Assembly (NCBI GenBank): GCA_977017645.1
Contig: OZ360225.1
Span: 147,374,001-147,438,000 of the forward strand
Direction: 5' to 3'
Length of the DNA: 64,000 bases
Source: Torpedo marmorata
Taxonomy: Eukaryota
Shown: positions 12,244 to 25,708 of the stretch, piece after piece
How positions within the stretch are numbered: the stretch's first letter is position 1
Layout: each line of letters starts with the position of its first letter
Notes under the pieces: generated by a model
Told to the model about the DNA's origin: nothing
What the model saw: only the letters and a program-made list of their open reading frames with translations
The model's database searches: none
Program-made: the position numbers and the translations under genes

Positions 12244-12771
12244 CCTACCAAAATGTAACACCTCATGTTTCCCTGCCCACCTGTCCAAGCAATCAAAATC
12301 AAAATCCTGCTGAAATCTTTGGCAAACATCACTATCTACAATACCAGACACTTTAACATCGTCCGTAAACTTGCTCATCACGCCATATATCTTTTCAAGT
12401 AAATCATTGATATAGATGACAACCCAATGGGCCAGCGCCGAACGCTGTGGCACACCACTAGTCACAAGCCTGCAGTACAAAAACAACCTTCCACCATCAT
12501 CCTCTGCTTTCTTCCATGAAGCCAATTTTCTGACAATTTTACCATCTCACCTTGGATCCCATGTGACCTAACCTTGCAGAGCAGCTTACTGTGTGGAACA
12601 TCATTGCATGCCTTGCTGACATCCATATACACAACATCCACTGCTCTGCCTGCGTCAACCTTCTTGGTCACATCTTCAGAAACCTCTATCAGATTTGTGA
12701 GACATGACCTTCCAGTTGCAAAACCATGTTGACTATCCTTGATTAGCCCTTGTCCATCTATGTGCATGTAA

Positions 12772-13240
12772 ATGTAGTGGACACATCCCAGAACATCACA
12801 GGCAAAACCCTCCCCACCATCGAGAACATCTACAGGGAACGCTGCTGTCGGAGAGCAGCAGCAATCATCAAGGATCCACACCACCCAGCACACGCTCTGT
12901 TCTCACTGCTGCCATCAGGAAAGAGGTAGAAGTGCCACAAGACTCGCACCGCCAGGTTCAGGAACAGCTGCTACCCCTCCACCATCAGACTCCTCAACAA
13001 CAAACTCAATCAGGACTCATTTAAGGATGCTTGTGCACTTTATTGATTTTTTATTCTCTCTGTATTGCAGAGTTTGTTTACATTCGTTATCTGTGTACAG
13101 TTCTTTATTTGTTTATGTATACGCTGTGTACAGTTTTTTTTTGCACTACCAATAAGTGGTAATTCTGCCTCGCCCACAGATAAAAGAATCTCAGGGTTAT
13201 ATGTGATGTCATGTATGTACTCTGACAAAATCTGAAATCT
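12772..13240 (+). mobile_element. Rex1/Babar-like LINE 3' fragment
   Basis: Encodes IIKDPHHPAHALFSLLPSG, like the C-terminus of ORF 30190-32106; the tail ends in AAATCTG repeats. Confidence 0.7.
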
Positions 13241-14460
13241 ATTTCCATTCTCCCTCAGAATGCTCTCCAGTAACTTACCAAGCGCAGATTTTCTGCTCAC
13301 TGGCCTGTTTTTCCCAGGCTTTTCCCTGCAGCCCTTTTTGAATAGAGGCACAACATTTGACACTCTCCAGTTCTCTGGCACCTCACCTGCACGTAATTAT
13401 GACTCAAAAAACACCTGCAATTTCTTCAATTGTCTCCTCCAAGCCTGCAATCTGTTGTTTGTCAACAAACATCTGCTAAAAAAAAATCACAACTGCCACA
13501 CCTGATCTGCAGCCTCAAGGAGCATTCAAACCATTTAATGTTTATTTATGTGAGATTTTCTGTCTTAATAAAATCCTGTGGCAATCTGTCTTCTATTTTA
13601 ATCTTCCTCGCACAGTATTAGCTTCTATAATTGGGAATTAAGTAATTCAGGAATATTTCCAGTCATCATTATTTTCCTTGAAATGCAAAAGTCTCCAACC
13701 TGAAGGAACTATAGTTTGTCTGGCCACTTTTAGAGTTTTCCAATCTCTTTTAGAGTTTGGCTTTGCAACCTACAACACAACTGGCTGGTGTCTTTAAGTA
13801 AGTAGTTTTATTTTGATTGCATTTTATACTTTCTATAAATATTAGCAATACTTTGTCACTCTTACAAACCAACAAAACTACAATCAACTCACAGACCTTC
13901 AAACTGGCTAAAGGTTGCTGTGTGTATGTTCCAGAATTAAGCTGAGCTCACTTTATGGAGTTAAATCTCTACTTTTATTCTTCTTTGAAATGCAACATTG
14001 TCTTTGTATTCTTGATCTTCATTGTCCAGCACTGTAGATTTATGTTCATCTCTCTGGTTAACGACTGAGACTCCATTCTCCAGGGCCCTTAATTATAAGA
14101 TGCACCATCTGTACCATGTGCCTTATTTTTATCTTGTCACACAGGTTGTAAATTTCTGTGGACTATTTGATAAGGTCACAATGCTCCTGTTTATCAGTTT
14201 GTACTGCACTTCACAAGTTAGCAGTGGATTTTTGTGCAACATAAACCCACACAATTCAAAGTTCTTGCTCTTTAAGTTTACCTACTTGTGCTTTTCTGTG
14301 AAATTGGATAATTCTACATTAAGCCCAACATGTTCTCAAATGTTATCAAGTGGCATGTACCAATATCTTATTCATGGATGTTCAGCTTGGGTTCTGCCAG
14401 AAACTGCAGCTCCAGGCTTCAATAGATACTTGACCCAAATTAATAAAAGAGCTGAATTCT

Positions 14461-14808
14461 AAAAGTGTTGTCCAGTTGACTCCTGTTGACTCTAAAAGTA
14501 TCATCTGGTTGACTCCTGTTGACTCTAAAAGTATCGTTTGATTGACTCTAAAAGTGTGGTCTGGTTGACTTCTGTTGACTCTAAAAGTATTGTTTGATTG
14601 ACTCTAAAAGTGTGGTCTGGTTGACTTCTGTTGACTCTAAAAGTATTGTTTGATTGACTCTAAAAGTGTGGTCTGGTTGACTTCTATTGGCTCTAAAAGT
14701 ATCGTCTGTTTGACTCCTGTTGACTCTAAAAGAGTTGTCTGGTTGACTCTAAAAATGTCATCTAGTTGACTGCTGTGGACTCTAAAAGATTTGTTTGGTT
14801 GACTCTTG
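14461..14808. repeat. Minisatellite with about 33-bp and 23-bp units (CTAAAAGT...CTGGTTGACTCCTGTTGACT)
   Basis: TTGACTCTAAAAG recurs about ten times. Confidence 0.9.
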
Positions 14809-15044
14809 TTAACATCATTGCAGCATTTGACAGTGTGTAATATTAAGCTACCCAATAAAAATGAAGACATTTGGAGCTGGGGAGAACACTCCACTGGCAG
14901 AAAGATGTTTTGAAAGAAAGAAGATGACTGTGTTACTGGAAGGCAATCCGCTCAACTCCAGAACAGTCCCTATAGGTGCTTTTCAGGGCAATGTTCTAGA
15001 TCCAGCCATTTTCATTGGTTGGAAATTGAGACTTTCATTAATGA

Positions 15045-15400
15045 TTGGACAGCATAATAGTGTAACACCTGGTGCTGCTGCATCATGGCTTCAGTGACCC
15101 AGGTTCAACCCTGACCTCTAATGCTCTAATGTGGAGTTTGCATGTTCTCCGTGTGACAGAGTGATTTCTCCCAGGTGCTCCGGTTTCTTTCCATGGCTAA
15201 ACGAAATGCTGCTTAGTAAGTTAATTTGTTAGTCAGATTGACCATAGCATTAAGAGGCATTTAGTCAGGAATGGAGGGATTTAGACGATGTATAGGCAGA
15301 CGGGATAAGTATCCATTGGCATTACATCAGCACAGACATGGTGAGCTGAAGAGCCTGTTCCTGTGCTATTCTGTTCTACGATCTTTGCAGGTAGGTGGCA
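15045..15400 (+). mobile_element. Degraded V-SINE followed by a CR1-like tail
   Basis: CCAGGTTCAACCCTGACC, GGAGTTTGCATGTTCTCC, GGTGCTCCGGTTTC. Confidence 0.65.
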
Positions 15401-16874
15401 GGAAAAATCAGTGGAGAGGTAAGAGACGTGTGAGAGAGAAGAGACTACAGGGAAATAAATGGTTGAATGAGATTCACAGGATTGCTCTGAAAGCAATGGG
15501 CCAAATTGCCTCCTTCCAGGTCATAAGGAAATCTGGAATATGATGGTACAATGTTCAACTCCATTCGAGCTACTAGTGGAGCAGCTGTGGCCAAATGCAG
15601 CAGAACCTGGAGAATATTCAGGTATGGGCTGATGAGTGACAAGTACTGGCCACAAATCCCAGGCAATAACGTAAGAGAGGGAACAATCGCTTCCTGACAT
15701 TTGTCAGCAGTGCCATCATTGGCTCCCGAGCATCAATATTCTGAGGATCACTGCTTACCAGAAATTTCACAGCAGTAACCACATGAACACGATAGGTGCA
15801 AGAGCAGGTCGGAGTCGGTGAGTGGCTCACCTCCTGACATCACAAACCCTTCCCAGCACCTACAAGACACAAGTCATGAGAGTAAGAAAATATTCTTCCC
15901 TTAGTTGGATGATTTACAACTGCAATAACACTCAATAAGATCAACACCTTCCATGACAAAGCTCCCTGCTTGTTTGGCATTTTACATGGAGTCCTTTTGG
16001 AAACAGCTCTGTCCAGCTGCAGAGTGTGTATCCGGTATCATTTGTTAATCTTGTTCATCTTCAATATCTGTTCGCACACACAGGGGTGATTAGATTTCAC
16101 TATTATTTTATTAATCTACAGTATAAATTGCTCTAATTCATATGGGTTCTTTGACAACATATCCTAAGATGGCCAGGTACACTATCCAGAATAACAAGGC
16201 AGCGGTCCCAAGTGATTATCTCCAACTTGTCCTCTAAAAATATACTGTCCTGACCTAAATATGTACCACCAGTTGTAGAGTTGCATAGCATAGAAATGGG
16301 CCCAATGGCCCACTTCTCCATGCTGACTCTTTTGCCTAGTTACACTAATACATTAGGATCTTATTCTTCTATCTGTGCCATGCCGATTTAAGTGTCTGTC
16401 AAAATGCCTTTTAAATATGGTAAATATGTCTGATTTCACCACCTCTGGCAGAGGGTGTTCCAAATATCAACCACTTTCTGTGTAAAGGGAGACATACCCA
16501 CCAGGTCCTCTTTAAAACTCCTTCCCCTCAGCTTAAACTATAGAACCACAGAACATTACAGCACAAAAAACAGGCACTTCGGCCATTCTAGTCTGTGCTG
16601 AACGATTATTCTGCCTCGTCCCACTAACCTGCACCTAATCCATAGCCCTCCATACCCCTCCCATCCATGTCACTGTCCAATGTTTTCTTAAATGTTAAAA
16701 TTGAGCCTGCATTCACCACTCAGTTGGTAGCTCATTCCACTCTCCCACCACTCTCTGCATGAAGAAGTTTCCCCTCATGTTCCCACTAAACTTCTCCCCT
16801 TAACCCATGTCCTCTGGTTTGTATCTCACTCAACCTCAGTGGAAAAAGCCTAGTTGCATGTACTCTATCTATAC

Positions 16875-17249
16875 CAGTGGTTTTCAAACTGCCCCCCTAA
16901 ACTCACATTCCACCTTAAGAAATCCCTATGCCATAAGTGCTCTGTGATTAGTAAGGGATTACTTAAGGTGGTATGTGAGTGGAAAGAAAAAGGTTTGAAA
17001 ACCACTGTTTTAATCGTACCTAATTGACTTGTTATGTGCACGGTTTCATAACTCCAAAGGAAATGGGCCAATGATAATTTTTCTCAAGCAAAATATTTCA
17101 GTAACAATTGGGTCTAGAGCAGTGGTTCTCAACCTTCCCTTCCCACTCACATACCACCTTAGGCAATCCCTTACCAATCACAGAGCACTTATGGCATAGG
17201 GATTGCTTAGGTGGAATGTGAGTTTAGGGGGGCAGTTTGAAAACCACTG
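16875..17249. mobile_element. Non-autonomous hAT (Charlie-like) compound MITE
   Basis: TIRs CAGTGGTTTTCAAAC; 8-bp TSD ATCTATAC (16867-16874 and 17250-17257); two inverted ~130-bp arms, each bounded by CAGTGGTT...AACCACTG. Confidence 0.92.
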
Positions 17250-17510
17250 ATCTATACCCATTATAATTTTGTACACCTCTATCAAATCTCCCCTCATTCT
17301 TCTATGCTCCAGGGAATAAAGTTCTAACCTGTTTAACCTTTTCCTGTAACTTGGATTCTCAAGTCCCAGCAACATCCAAGTAAATCTTCTTTCAATTTTA
17401 TTGACATCTTTCCTGTAGGTAGGTGACCAAAACTGCACACAATACTCCAAATTTGGCCTCACCAATATTTATAAAACTTTACCATAACATCCCAACTCCG
17501 ATACTCAATA

Positions 17511-18039
17511 GTAAAACACGAAAATCAGTAGAGACTGTGGTTGAAGTAAAAACACAATGCTGGAGAAACTCAGCAGGTCAAACAGTGTTCTTTATATAGC
17601 AAAGGTAAAAATACATAACCGATGTTTCGGGCTTGAACCCTTCATCAAGGTATGGAAAAATGTTGGCAGGCGTCCGAACAAAAGAGTAGGGGGGGAGGTG
17701 TGGTCACAAAGGTAGGAGGTGATAGGTGGAGAAGGGAGGGAGGGGACAGCAGCGATCAAGGGGAGACGGGAAGGCTAGGTGAATAGAGAGGGAAGGGGGG
17801 AGGAGAACTGGAAAGGGGAAGGGAGAAGAGGAGAGCAGGTTAGCAGAAACCGGAAAAGTCGATGTTAATGCCATCTGGCTGGAGAGTGCCCAGACGGAAA
17901 ATCAGGTGTTGTTCCTCCAATTTACGGGTGGTCTTGGTGGGATAGTACATAAGGCCATAGACAGACATGTGAGTGTGATACAGAACTGAAATAGTTGGCT
18001 ACTGGGATGACTGCTGAGTTTCTCCAGCATTGTGTTTTT
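17511..18039 (-). mobile_element. Penelope-like element 3' fragment with an inverted pLTR piece
   Basis: 16-bp TSD ACTCCGATACTCAATA; end of GIY-YIG; 18011-18041 is the reverse complement of 17546-17576; hammerhead-like core at 17621-17648. Confidence 0.85.
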
Positions 18040-20126
18040 ACTCCGATACTCAATAATTTGATTTATGAAGGCCAATGTGCCAAAATCTCACTTTACGACC
18101 CTATCTAGGGAATTATTTATCTGTATTCCTGGATCCCTCTGTTCTACCTCACTCCTCAGTGCTCTACTGTTTACCCTGTATGTCCTACCTTGGCTTGTCC
18201 TTCCAAAATACAACACTTCTCTGCATTAAATTCCATCTCCCATTTTGCACCCCATTTTTACAGCTGCTCCAGATCCCTCTGCAAGCTTTGAAAGCCTTAG
18301 AACACCTTCCAATAACTTACCTACTACTGATATCATGTTCACCAGCCTATAATTTCCTGGGTTAATTTTGGAACCTTTTTTAAACAATGAAACAATATGG
18401 GCTTCGCTCCAATCCTCCAGCCTTTCACCCGTGGCTAAGTACATTTTAAATGTATCTGCCGGAGACACTGAAATTTCTACACTAGACTCCCTCAAGGTCC
18501 AAGGAAATACCTTGTCAGGCCCTGGGGATTTATCCACCTTTATTCACTTTAAGATAGCAATCACCTCCTCCTCTTTAATCTGCTTGTTTGCCTCACTTCC
18601 CTAGACTCTGTGCCAGTTTTCAGAGTAAATACAGATGCAAAAAAAACATTTAAGATCTCCCCCATCTCTACTGGCTCTATACATAGCCAACCACAATGAT
18701 CTTCAAAGGGACCAATTTTGTCTCTTACTATCATTTTGCTCTTAATATACCTTCAGAAGTCCTGAAGATTTTCCTTCACCTTGTCTGCCTAAGCAACCTC
18801 ATGTCTTCTTTTAGCCCTTCTGATTTCCTCTTGTTTTTTTTCCTGCATTTTTTATACTTCTGATGTATCTCATTTGCTCCTTGTTGCCTATATCTGCTGT
18901 ATACCTCTCTCTTCTTATCCAGATTCCTGATATTCCTCAAAAACCAAGGTTCCTTATGCCTGTTAACTTTGCCTTTAAGCCTTGCAGGACCATACAAACT
19001 CTGTACTCTCAAAATTTCACCTTTGAAGGCCTTCAACTTACCGAGCACATCCTTGCAAAAACAAACCTTTCTAATTTAGGCCTTACTCCAATTTAGAATC
19101 TCTACCCAAGGCCCAGACCTATCCTTATCCATAATTATCTTGAAACTAATGGCATTATGATCACTGGACCCAAAGTGTTCCCCAACGCATACTGTACTTC
19201 TGTCACCTGCCCTGTCTCATTCCCTATTAGGAGAACCAGTATTGCACTCTCTCTGGTTGGTACCTTGATATATTGATTTAGAAAAATTCCCTGAACGCAT
19301 TTGACAAACTCTAAGCCATCCAGCCCTTTTACAGTATGGGAAATATGTGCAAAGTTAAAATCACCCACCATCACAACTTTATGGGGCTGAGCTGATTGGC
19401 TTCCAGCACACAGTCATCCTCCTTTATGCAAGATGTTTCCAGCCAGTGGAGTATATTCCTCAGCTCCAAATGTTGTCAATGTAATTTGGACATCTTGACA
19501 TGCCCTCTTTTTTTCCCCCTTACCATGGGAAAGAATTTTGACTATCTACCCTGTCTGGGCATCTCATAATCTTATACATTTCCATCAGGTCAGAACTCAT
19601 CTTCCTTTGCTCCAGGGAAAACAAGCCCAGCCATCCTATTTGTCCCCATATTAAAGTCCATCAATCCAGAAAACATCCTGGTGAATCTCCCTGCATTCTC
19701 TCCAGTTTAATCACCAATTCAAAATACTGGAACTCCATAACCAATAATATCCCTGGGGTGCTTTTCTGCAGTCTGCAGGCATTGAGGAAGGTGACTCAGC
19801 ATCATCTATTGAAGAACAGTTTGGGATGGGTGCAAATGTCTTCGCCACAACATGTACATCTCATAAATTAATCAATAAGAATCATCAAAGGAATGCTCAT
19901 AATAATTGAGGAACGACATTCATAAATACTTACTTTCACATTATCTTCAACAGTTTTGTTTTCACAATTGCTTCCAATTTCTGCAAAACAAATCAACCTT
20001 TCATTCATTATTGGACATGCAGCACATGTGCAATTTTTGGTGAGAAAATTTGGTACACTTATGAGAAAATATTAGGGTTAGGGCTAGACCTTTTTTTTTT
20101 GGAGCTAATGGATGCATGTTTCGGTT

Positions 20127-21222
<1,096 letters not shown>

Positions 21223-21295
21223 GCCACTAAACTAAACAACAGGCTTCCATGGAGAGAAGGGAAGACACAGAAGAAAAAGCAACAGATCTTCACCA

Positions 21296-21400
21296 TAAAA
21301 ACACAGCAATCCTGGAGAAACTCAGCAGGTCACGCAGCGTCCATAGGAGGTAAAGAAATATAACCAACGTTTCGGCGTCTGCAGACTTTCGTGTTTCACA
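21296..21400 (-). mobile_element. Penelope pLTR fragment
   Basis: CTGGAGAAACTCAGCAGGTCA...ATAACCAACGTTTCGG is shared with the other pLTR copies. Confidence 0.65.
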
Positions 21401-21668
21401 TCTTCACCGTGTTAGGCTAATTCCACCTCTCCAATGGTTGCACCCACATCCTCTCCAGGGCACTTAGTGGCCTAAAGCCACTGCAAGGCAAGTAGAGGTC
21501 ATATCATTGAACTTTTGCATTGAAATCTGCTGCAGGAATTCACACACAGAACTGATCTGCCGGACAGGCAGATCAGTAATTGATCAGGCATAATAAGAAA
21601 ACAAAAGATTAATGTCTCAGCTGTTAATTCATAAGAGTTGGCAACTTAATGCAGGGCCTGTTTTATTT

Positions 21669-21806
21669 TTGATGAAGGGCTCAAGCCCGAAATGTCGGTT
21701 ATGTATTTCTACCTTTGCTACATAAAAGACACTGTTTGACCTGCTGAGTTCTCCAGCATTTGTGTTTTTTACTTCAACCATGGTGTCTACAGATTTTCGT
21801 GTTTTA
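21669..21806 (+). mobile_element. Solo Penelope pLTR starting inside the hammerhead core
   Basis: TTGATGAAGGGCTCAAGCCCGAAATGTC...; 15-bp TSD CTGTTTTATTTTTGA (21658-21672 and 21807-21821). Confidence 0.85.
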
Positions 21807-22196
21807 CTGTTTTATTTTTGACTGAGTGTGAAAGACGCAAGTTGAATGTTGCATACCTTTTGCATCAGTTTCAATCATTTATGCCTAAATAAGCATTGAG
21901 TGTCTTTATGATATCATCACATATCTGAGTGATACCAGGGAAATGAGACCAGGCCAAGGTGAATCACAATTGGAAGTACCCAATCCAGTATTTTCATTAG
22001 CAGAGCTACCATTGGAAATGGGTTCACCCTCATTTAAAAGGCTTTAGGGGTAGATCAGTCCAATTTACAGGAATACATATTGCTTCAGAGGTTAAAGGAA
22101 ATGTTATAAATATCATGGGATGGTCATTGCCAACCTCTGTGCATCTCATCATGAATCTACAGTATGGTTGGACATTGCTGAAGCACAGAGGGTATC

Positions 22197-22967
22197 TGTT
22201 GTGAGTGGGGAAATAGGTTTGGTGGGTCTCAAAGGCAAGGACTCTAGACACACAGCTTTGGTTGTAAAGAATTTTATTTACAGAAGGCAAAACGTGGAGG
22301 AATGGCAGCAGAGGCAATACACACACACACATGCACAATTTACAGCAACCGTTGGGAAAGTAGCAGCGGCGATGGAACAACGCGCAGTTTAATAGCGATC
22401 GTGGGAAAAGTCAGGACGGCAATAAGCAACGCGCAGTTTAATAGCGATCGTGGGAAAATCGCGTGGGAACAAAGTACACGCACACAACCAACTGGGTACA
22501 TACAATAGTCAAGGAAAAATCAATACGATGCCCCACCACCCCTTGACTCAGTGCAGGCACGACTCTATGCTACTTAGGGACACTAATTAAACGCTCCCAA
22601 CCCTTTTAAACAGTGCATATCTTACCAACAATTTCTCCAGTGCCCTTCCACGGTTCGAGGCCTGGAGTGAAGCAGGGTGGTCCCAAGCTGGCAAAGAGGG
22701 AGAACAAAGAACACGTGGCACCTTTATAGGGCTGGGGGGTCCAGCCCAGGTCATTAGCAGGGGGCCAATGGCTCAGTGCCAGGAAGGTTAAGCTGATTAC
22801 AAAGGCCAATGGCCCAAGGCCAAGTACAAAGCAATTTTTAAATTGGCCAACGGCAAGGTGTGCACTAATGGGTGGGGCTGGGCCAAACCTTGATTGGCAG
22901 GTGGTGTGTCCTCCGATTAGGTAGGGGGCAGTGCTGTCACGTGACAGCCACGACCCTTCCCAATACA
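22197..22967 (-). mobile_element. Solo LTR (ERV-like or Gypsy), antisense to RALYL
   Basis: TG...CA termini; 5-bp TSD GTATC; clustered CCAAT boxes; minus-strand TATAAA at 22723-22728 and AATAAA near 22272-22278. Confidence 0.8.
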
Positions 22968-23514
22968 GTATCATGCTAATAAATGAAAGCTTGAATCTCT
23001 GATTAGAAGAATGACAGGAACAAGTAAACTGCAGATTGCAAAAAAAAATCTGATTCTATTGACATATTAGTGAGATAAATGAATAAGTTGTATTGAAAAC
23101 ATAAAAACATCAGTAAGCTTTCTGTTTCTCACACCATTCTGAATTCACACCATGGCTGATCAGCCCCAATTTTCCTGGACTATAAGATAATAATAATGAG
23201 GTAATAAGTTTATTGTCATATGCATTGTATAATGTACATACATATGCATTGAAGTTCTTACTTGCTGCACCTGAACAGGTACTTGTTAAAAAAACTTTAA
23301 TAGTAAACTTATTTGAATTAAAACGACAATAAATACATAAGAAAGATCGATAATAAATATTCACAGTGATCCTAGTGAAAAAAAAGTAAATTGCAACAGT
23401 GTAAACAGGCTTCCTGTGCTGTTGGAACAGGCCATGATGAGTGTAACAAGGGAGGTTCAAGACTCTGATAGCTGTTGGAAAGAAGATGTTCTTAAACCTA
23501 AGGGTGCCAAAAAG

Positions 23515-23768
23515 GAAAGCCTGCAGATACTAGTGATTGTAGTGCAATACACAAAAGTGCTGGAGAAAATCAGCAGGTCATGTAGCATCTGCAGGAAGCA
23601 AAGAGATATAACCAACATTTTGGGCTTGAACCCTACATCAAGCTTTTTATTCAGGTGCCTGCCTGCTTTTTGCTCGTACTTTGACGAAGGGCTCAGGCCT
23701 GAAAATTGGTTATATCCTTTTGCTTCCTAAAGACACAGCTGAGTTTCTCAAGTACGTTTGTGTATTAA
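23515..23768. mobile_element. Penelope inverted pLTR pair, degraded
   Basis: GCTGGAGAAAATCAGCAGG...GGGCTTGAACCC, then in inverse orientation TTGACGAAGGGCTCAGGCCTGAAA...GCTGAGTTTCTC. Confidence 0.7.
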
Positions 23769-23794
23769 ACCGCGAGGTACTTGTTTTCTGGCTT

Positions 23795-24515
23795 AGATAT
23801 AGGGGAAGAAGTAGGCCATTCGGCCCATCCATCATCCAATCTGCCATTCAATCATGAGCTGATCCATTCTCCCACTCAGCCCCAGTCCCCTGCCTTCTCT
23901 CCATAACCTTTGATACTCCAACTATTCAGATACCTATCAATCTCTGCTTTAAATGCACCCAACGACTTGGCCTCCGCAGCTGCCCGTGGAAACAATTCCA
24001 GAGGTTCAGCATCCTCTGGCTGAAGAAATTCCTCCACATCTGTTTTAAATGAGCGCCCTTTAATCCTGAAGTTATGCCCTCTTTTCCTAGACTCCCCTAC
24101 CATGGGACACAATTTTGCCACATCTACTCTGTCCAGGCCTTTCAACATTTGCAATGTTTTTATGAGGTCCCCTCTCATTCTTCTGAACTCCAAGGAGTAT
24201 AGTCCCAAGAGCCGTCAATCGTTCCTCATATGCTAATCCCTTCATTCCAGGAATCATTCTTGTGAATCTTCTCTGAACCCTTTCCAATACCAGCACATTA
24301 TTTCATAAATAAATAGCCCAAAACTGTAACCCGTACTCCAAGTGAGGCCTTATAAAGCCTCAACATCACATCCCTTCTCTTGTCTCCTATTCCTCTCGAT
24401 ATGAATGCCGACCTTGCATTTGCCTTCTTCACCACTGATTCAACCTGGAGTTTCACCTTTAGGTTATCCTGCAGGAGAATTCCCAAGTCCCTTTGCACCT
24501 CCTTATTTTGAATCT
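23795..24515 (-). mobile_element. CR1 LINE 3' fragment
   Basis: LERVQRRFTRMIPGMKGL and LYSLEFRRMRGDLI ORFs. Confidence 0.85.
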
Positions 24516-25708
24516 GCATCTTCTGCCCGAAGGTAGCAGTGAGAAGAAGTTGTGACCAAGGTGATGGAAGTCCTTTATGTTGTTACGTGCCTTTTTTTTT
24601 ATTTTTTAAATAATTTATTTTTCATTTTGTTACAAATCAAACCAGCAACGACAGAAGATGCAATGCAAAAGTGTTAACATTTATATTTATTAAAGACAAT
24701 TAAACATATAATTTCACAACAATTAACCCCACTATAAATATCTATAAACACTATTCTTATCTAAAAGGTGTGTGTGTGTGTGTAAAGCCCACACCATTAC
24801 AGTCTGTGCCCAACCCTCATGTAAAAAAAATGGAAAAAGTTTCCTCAAAAACCCCAGGTCAGTCATAAAAGCAAGTCAGTCCCAAAAATACAGTCCACAA
24901 AAATTCACTCTCTATGTTCAGGGTCCAAATTCAGCTCTGTGTGCTGGCAAGCAAGACTTCTTAATGAACGTTGGAGAGAGAGACAATGACTGTTTATGCT
25001 TACGAATGCTTGGCTTGCTTTTCTTCTCTGATGACCTTCCCTTCTGGTGTTTTCACAAGGATTGCGAATCCAGATCCGTTTTGGATTGAGGCGTATACTT
25101 GGATCTCACAGCCTGTTCTTCACAAAAGCTGCTCTCAACTCAGGATTTTGCTGAATCACCAAGGCCTTGCCTCTGGTCCCAACCTTTTCCTCTGGGATGC
25201 ACAAGCCTGGATTTTCTGATTTAAGAGGCTCTGTGTTCTTCTCACAACATCTTCTCTGGGATGCACAAGCCTGGATCCTGTTGAGTTCTCCCACCTTTGC
25301 AACTCTAAATCTGCCACTGATTCAATTTTCCACGACTGAACTTTTAGGCCTCCCTGCAGAGAGCCTCCAGCTCCCTTTCCAAAGGTTCAACAACCAAGTT
25401 TATTTCCACAGTGTGTCTCCCCCTGGTGCCTCTCTCTGGTAAATACAAGTAGTCCTGGGCAAGTTAACTCATTCAGTACCAGGTCCCAGTGTGTACACCA
25501 AAAGACTTCATTCTTCCTGCTGAGCGTCCGCAGTCAAAATGGTCAGTCATGGTCCATAACACCTCCCACCCACAAAGAAAATTTTGGTCTGCCAAAACAA
25601 GATTTTGGAAATTGAGCTGTTACAATATAAACAAAACCCACAATGTTCATCCACAAACACAAAATATGAACTATTTTCATTTATAAAGTTTAGCATCTAG
25701 AAAGGCAA

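Larger units (their letters stand above)
7048..13395 (-). mobile_element. CR1 LINE remnant split by the Gypsy element (7861-12243) and a Rex1-like fragment (12772-13240)
   Basis: ORF pieces VRPHLEYCVQFWSP, VTSGVPQ, SQHGFATGRSCLTNL, VDVVYMDVSKA, PENWRVSNVVPLFKKG. Confidence 0.8.
16275..19383 (-). mobile_element. CR1 LINE remnant(s) (EN-RT-3' end) hosting a hAT MITE and a Penelope insertion
   Basis: ORF pieces VGDFNF, KSPGPD, NPGNYRLV, VRPNLEYCVQFWSP. Confidence 0.8.

Noticed and set aside
14461-14808. Repeat array as CRISPR-like
   Set aside because: The units are degenerate tandem copies without unique spacers, in a vertebrate context with no cas genes.
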